Positions 58,942 to 64,000 of a stretch of 64,000 nt of DNA are shown piece by piece. The number at the start of each line of letters is the position of its first letter. Within the stretch, counting starts at the first letter, position 1. Both the position numbers and the translations under genes were made by a program. The stretch is from Saccostrea echinata. Taxonomy: Eukaryota. Under the pieces are notes generated by a model, which had not been told where the DNA came from, made no database searches, and worked only from the letters and a program-made list of their open reading frames with translations. The stretch lies in the NCBI RefSeq assembly GCF_033153115.1, contig NW_026889778.1, positions 5,704,001 through 5,768,000 on the forward strand, given 5' to 3'.

Positions 58942-59130
58942 CTTTACCAATCTAGAACTGTGAAAAGGCTGTTCGTGGGACAAAGTGCTTATTAGAGTAA
59001 AAATGAAAATCGACAACATTAACACAACTGTCGACAATAAATAGTACTTCATTCTTCTCATGTACCATAAAACATATCGTATATCAATGATGCCCGCCAT
59101 ATTGTGTGTTATATCTGCATATCTCTTCAT
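58942..59130 (-). CDS. Possible first coding exon of a type-II membrane protein
   Basis: Basic N-terminus then hydrophobic YYLLSTVVLMLSIFIFTLI. Candidate GT donors follow, and Ets/CRE-like motifs lie at ~59180-59210. No downstream exons were identified. Confidence 0.3.
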
Positions 59131-59855
59131 TTGATATCCTTATACTGTTAACAGTGTATAACTTGATCAATACTCATACGTCACGCGAGTTTCCCGGAAA
59201 TGTGACGTGAACACTATGTTCTGGGGGATAGAATCCGGTTTCATCTCAGTTAAAACACAATGTCCAAGTCAAACCTCAAGGTATGTTTGGGGTCAAACTA
59301 TCAATATAATCAATGTACTGCGTTAATTACAATATAGCTATATTTAAGATGTGCATGAAGTCTTTACAGTAAGATCCGGAGGAAAAAATTACATAATATA
59401 ACTATTTCTTCGTAATTATTTTCTTAAACGTCATTTTTAATTGATTAAAAAAAATCAAAATAAAATAATCTTTTACTTTGACACTTCATGGCGGTAGGAA
59501 AACTTGGCATATATTTTTCTTTCTTTTTAGCCAAAATGGTATGAAAATTTGCAAATTTGAAAAAAAAAACTTCCACCTACATAAGAAAAATTAAACTTCA
59601 ATTTAAAAAAATCAGTTTAGCAACATCAATATCTTCGAATCAAAACAAGGCAGAATGACTTAAAAAATAGATTTTAAAACATACAGGTTTGACCAACCAC
59701 AGTTTAACATATTTATCTGAAAGGTGTCACGCGAAGTATTTCAATATCACAAATGTGTACAAATGTGATACCTATTCTTTAAACAAAACATGCATGCTTC
59801 ACCATGTATGTATCTTACTTACTTTCATTTTCTAACTTGCATAAATCATTTAAAC

Positions 59856-59891
<36 letters not shown>

Positions 59892-60448
59892 AGACCAATT
59901 TAAAAGTATGGCGAGATAGCAAATAGTGTTTACAATTAAATATTATCACTTCAATTGATGGCAAAATATTGTTTTCTTTGATTTAAAGTTAATTTTGTCT
60001 TCTTATTAAAATAAAGCCAAAAAATCTTGAAATTTTTATCTTTTGTTTAAAAAAAGTCTCTATTTGGAGCTTTGATATCGCTCATAGCTGTACTGCCGTA
60101 TTTTCTACGCAAAACTCGACTCACTTCATTCTTTTTTCGCAGTTTTACATTCAGTTTACCTGTCATCTAATAATAAAATTATTTTCACTTATTGAAAAAT
60201 TATACATACGTTAATTTTCAACCAAGTCCATTGCAAAACAGTATTGAATATTTAAGCAATGGAACTTATGAATATAAAATTAATATATATATATGTAATA
60301 GTCATGATTTTAAATTGATTTTAATTATAACAACAATTTTCTTTCAGATGCCATTGAAAGTTATGAAATAACTTTCAATAATAAACTTGATTTATTTAAA
60401 TATTAAACAGTTAAAATAAATTTAAAATCATGACTATTACATATATAT

Positions 60449-60608
60449 NNNNNNNNNNNNNNNNNNNNNNNNNNNNNNNNNNNNNNNNNNNNNNNNNNNN
60501 NNNNNNNNNNNNNNNNNNNNNNNNNNNNNNNNNNNNNNNNNNNNNNNNNNNNNNNNNNNNNNNNNNNNNNNNNNNNNNNNNNNNNNNNNNNNNNNNNNNN
60601 NNNNNNNN
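60449..60608. other. Assembly gap (160 N)
   Basis: N run, preceded by an inverted repeat at 60285-60448. Confidence 0.99.
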
Positions 60609-61739
60609 ATCATGAATCTTTGCTTTAATTGTAATTTATTTGCACCTATTTCTCTTGATACATGTACATGTATTATACACTGCCTATGGTCATTGTTTTC
60701 ATCAAACTGAACATGTTTAAAGAGAACTGTTACATTCTCATTGGCTCATACAGTTACGAACGACAAATCTGCATATATGGGAGATTGCAAAGAGAAATCT
60801 GTACAGTGTATTTCATTTAACTTATTTACCGCTCTGCTCACGAAACATGAAATATAAAATACGGTATTTTTTCAGGATAACCAATTGAAAGTAAAAATAT
60901 ATCTAGCGTTGCAGGTCGACTTTTCCATCGGTAAAGCTATCGCATTTTTTCATATTCCCCGCGGTATATCTCACTAAAAATGTCCAGAGACACGAACAAT
61001 AAAAATGTCTTTTTTATATCCAATTGAAAACTTGACCTCTCATATATTATTTTTCCTTTGGTCATTTTAAAATCATTGATTTTATTTTTCTCTTCTATAT
61101 ACATGTACTATACCGGTATATAATATATGCCGTTGCTCAGTGTTATAATTGATGCATGAACGAATGAATGTTTGCAAAATAAATTAAATTTTATTATGAA
61201 AATCAATTATTCGTCTTCAAGCATTAAGAAGTTTGAAAATTTGAGAGTCATCTTAAACAAATTATTTAATATCTTATTTGTATACATGTATACCTATGAA
61301 ATATTTTCAAAAAATGTCATTAACTACTGTTATGATTAAAGATATTAGACCTCTTTGAATAAACAGTGTTGATCGACTTGCTTTCACGTGATCAGTTTTA
61401 AAAGTAGGAATATGAAACCAATCTTGTAGCTTTTAACGAATCTCATCTACCTGAATATTATGAATCATTTCAAATGAAATACCACATATCACGTGTTTAG
61501 CAAAACCGCGCTTAAATTCGGCAACTTTTCTTGTGTATTTAATAAACCAATTTTACCTATGCATCAAAAATCGCTATTCAGGCATCGTCTAGACGATTTT
61601 CTTCGTCATAGGCATTTGTTTATTTACATATAAATGCCTCGGTTTTTGCATATTTCGCTAATTTGTACATTTGGTTCAAGCTCTAAGTGTTTCATTTTGC
61701 TGGAATAGAGTCTCTCGCAATACTCATTGGCCAGCTTGA

Positions 61740-61895
61740 AGAGCCCGGATGTACGGTAACAGGCGCATTATGTTTAGACGCCATTTTGCCAGTATAAAAA
61801 TAAAGATAGCAATGCCTGATTGATTATTCGACAAGTTGTCGGATCGGGATAAATATTACTGCGAGCTGAATGTTTATAGTACAAAGATGGTAAGT
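61740..61895 (+). promoter_or_regulatory. Probable promoter and first exon of a gene running off the window
   Basis: Locally CpG-rich, YY1-type CGCCATTTT at ~61779, and ATG|GTAAGT donor at 61887-61895. Confidence 0.4.
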
Positions 61896-62639
61896 TGATG
61901 TAAACAAAGGCGAATAGACGATCGATACGACCTGGAAATTTAAAATATTCGAGATTGTTTAACTGGGTCGCCGTTGTATTGTGAGGTCAGCGACACCGCG
62001 CTGTACGATATCGCGTAAAATAAGTATTGGAAATTTTACGTTGCGTTTTGACGTTATCCTTTTCTCTATATATTGTCTTTTGTTTATTTTAGTCAATAAA
62101 AAGTTTAGAAAAAATACAAAAGTAATGTGAGGTGTAAAGTTGAAAAAATATTTAATTGACCAGTGTGCTTAATCACGGTAATTAACGATACAAAAATAGT
62201 TATAAACTTGAATATTTAATATGTGAAGGTATGTACATTGCAAAAAAGTCTTAAAGAGTTCATTTAAAAAAAAATGATTTGTGGGAAAATATTACTTAAA
62301 ATTACTAGTGTTAGCATCTTGTAAAATAAAGGATTATTTTTAAGGCATATTTTAAAGCAATATTAGATCTAAGTGTAAGGTAAATAAAATTTTTGGATCT
62401 CTGAATTAAATATGCAAAGGTATATGTCATTGTGGCATTTAATATAAAATGTTTAATTTAGATACATGAGATATATAATTTTTTTTTTTCTAATAAAAAG
62501 TTATTCACAGTTCTGAATTTCAGGAAAGCTTTGTACTTATTTATTGTCATTTAAGTTAAATAATTTAAAGGGCAGGAATAGAAATGTGGATAGAGTTGTA
62601 ACATTTTCTCAGAATAAAATTTAGGGTTTCATTAGGGTG

Positions 62640-63881
62640 CAGGGGTGTGCAATTAGCATCGCCTGACGCCCAGGGCTACCATTTTTTTGGGTCACGCTAG
62701 TGGTTTTCTGCATGCAGATAGCCCCGTGGTCTAGTAAAAATTAAAAATGCCAATGTAATATATTAAAATCACTACTGGTATTTTTACTCATTTTTTGCTA
62801 TTAAATTCCCAACCAATGAAAAATTTCTAGGCAGCATGCTCCGTAAATCTCCATAATCTTATCCGTTTTGCAGCACATCCTGACTTATTTACTTCCAAAA
62901 ACGATCGTTTTTTTCAAATCCGAATTTCCTCCATTCATGTGTTTATGGTAAATAAAGGCAGATATCTCATTAATTTATTTACGATAACTCAATCAACTGA
63001 AAGATAAGTGTTATATGATTTACATAAAATATATTTCCAGTGTATTTATTAATTTAAGATGAAAGAAAATGATTTCTTTTCGTTTTAGATGAGCTAGTGC
63101 AATGCCCAGAAAAAAGAAAAATAATTTTTTAAATTCATTTTTATTTTCTATCATAATTATTAATTTATACATGATCCAAATTTACTAGTGAGAATTAAAC
63201 TTTTATTTTAAAAAGAATGACCTTAAGGTCAAGATCTAGTAAATGAGTTTAGACGGTGTTTTGGTACTATATCCATTATGACATCATAATTGATTTAAAC
63301 TTAATTTTTCCCGTACTTTACGGCTATAACAGAATTATGTAGAAAATGACGCATTTCATGGAATTCAATTTGAAACCATGTTAAAAGGAACCCTGAAACC
63401 TATATTCAATTTAATATCATTTTAAAGTAGAGGTCAAGAAGATATGAATAACTGTTTTCTGAGAGTCTGTAGGCAATAAAGATACATTTCCTATGTCTGA
63501 GATGGAGAAAACTCTCATTCTTACACCTGATTTTCTTCATTTTTCTTTGAAAAGGGCAGTTTAAAATATGTTTTTTCATTGAGTTTATCTTAAAATTATG
63601 TCCCGATACACCTTAATTCATTATGCTATAATTGTAAATTAAAGATTATTAAAGGAATCCGTTTCTCAAATTTGAGAAATCTGTAGCACTCTTCATTTAC
63701 TAGATCTTGACCATAAAACCCTGACTTTTTCAACAATAATCTATTTATTTTCAATATTAGTTGTTTATTCCCCCCCCCCCCCCACGCATTTGGGCTAGTA
63801 ACTTTTTACTTGGGGCTAGTAACTTTATTGCTGCCACTAGCCCATGGGCTAGTACTTGATTTTTTTAATTGCACACCCCTG
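62640..63881 (-). mobile_element. Internally deleted copy of the 45327-49515 hAT5-like element
   Basis: GGGTG|CAGGGGTGTGCAATTAG ... TAATTGCACACCCCTG|GGGTG; ends are the reverse complement of ~49075-49515 and ~45327-45610. Confidence 0.85.
63227..63712. mobile_element. Kolobok-like MITE nested in the hAT5-like copy
   Basis: TTAA|GGTCAAGATCTAGTAAATGA ... TCATTTACTAGATCTTGACC|ATAA; the empty TTAA site is visible in the other copy at ~45513. Confidence 0.8.
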
Positions 63882-64000
63882 GGGTGATAGGACAGGTACT
63901 GTTAAACAATATATATATATTTACATTTCCAACTATTTTTCCTTAAGATTCTTTGCAAATTACAAAAAAAGTTCATGTCCTCATAGACTCGTAGGAAGCA

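Overview
AT-rich, intron-containing animal DNA. The repeat landscape (Helentron/HINE elements carrying a ~167-bp Cg170-like satellite, Kolobok and hAT-like MITEs, tRNA-SINEs) points to a bivalve, probably an oyster; this is inference. Five spliced genes were reconstructed by hand from GT-AG sites and reading frame: (1) the 5' part of LRGUK (minus); (2) head-to-head with it, a 14-exon Slob/PXK-like pseudokinase with an N-terminal membrane anchor and a C-terminal polyproline+WH2 tail (plus, 2612-23525); (3) a KLHL10-like BTB-BACK-Kelch gene (minus); (4) a small signal-peptide/TM/PPxY protein (plus); (5) a divergent NRF1/EWG-domain + zinc-finger + SIM protein (minus). The main finding is two intronless, near-identical TALE-class (SPILE-like) homeobox genes nested, same-strand, in one 13.3-kb intron of the pseudokinase gene. 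Each has a conserved promoter with TCF/LEF-type sites and three CCAAT boxes spaced exactly 30 bp apart, AGTG-rich UTRs, and signs of gene conversion. The rest is mostly nested transposons, including two probable P-element excision footprints and an IS3EU-type foldback element. There is a 160-N assembly gap at 60449-60608.
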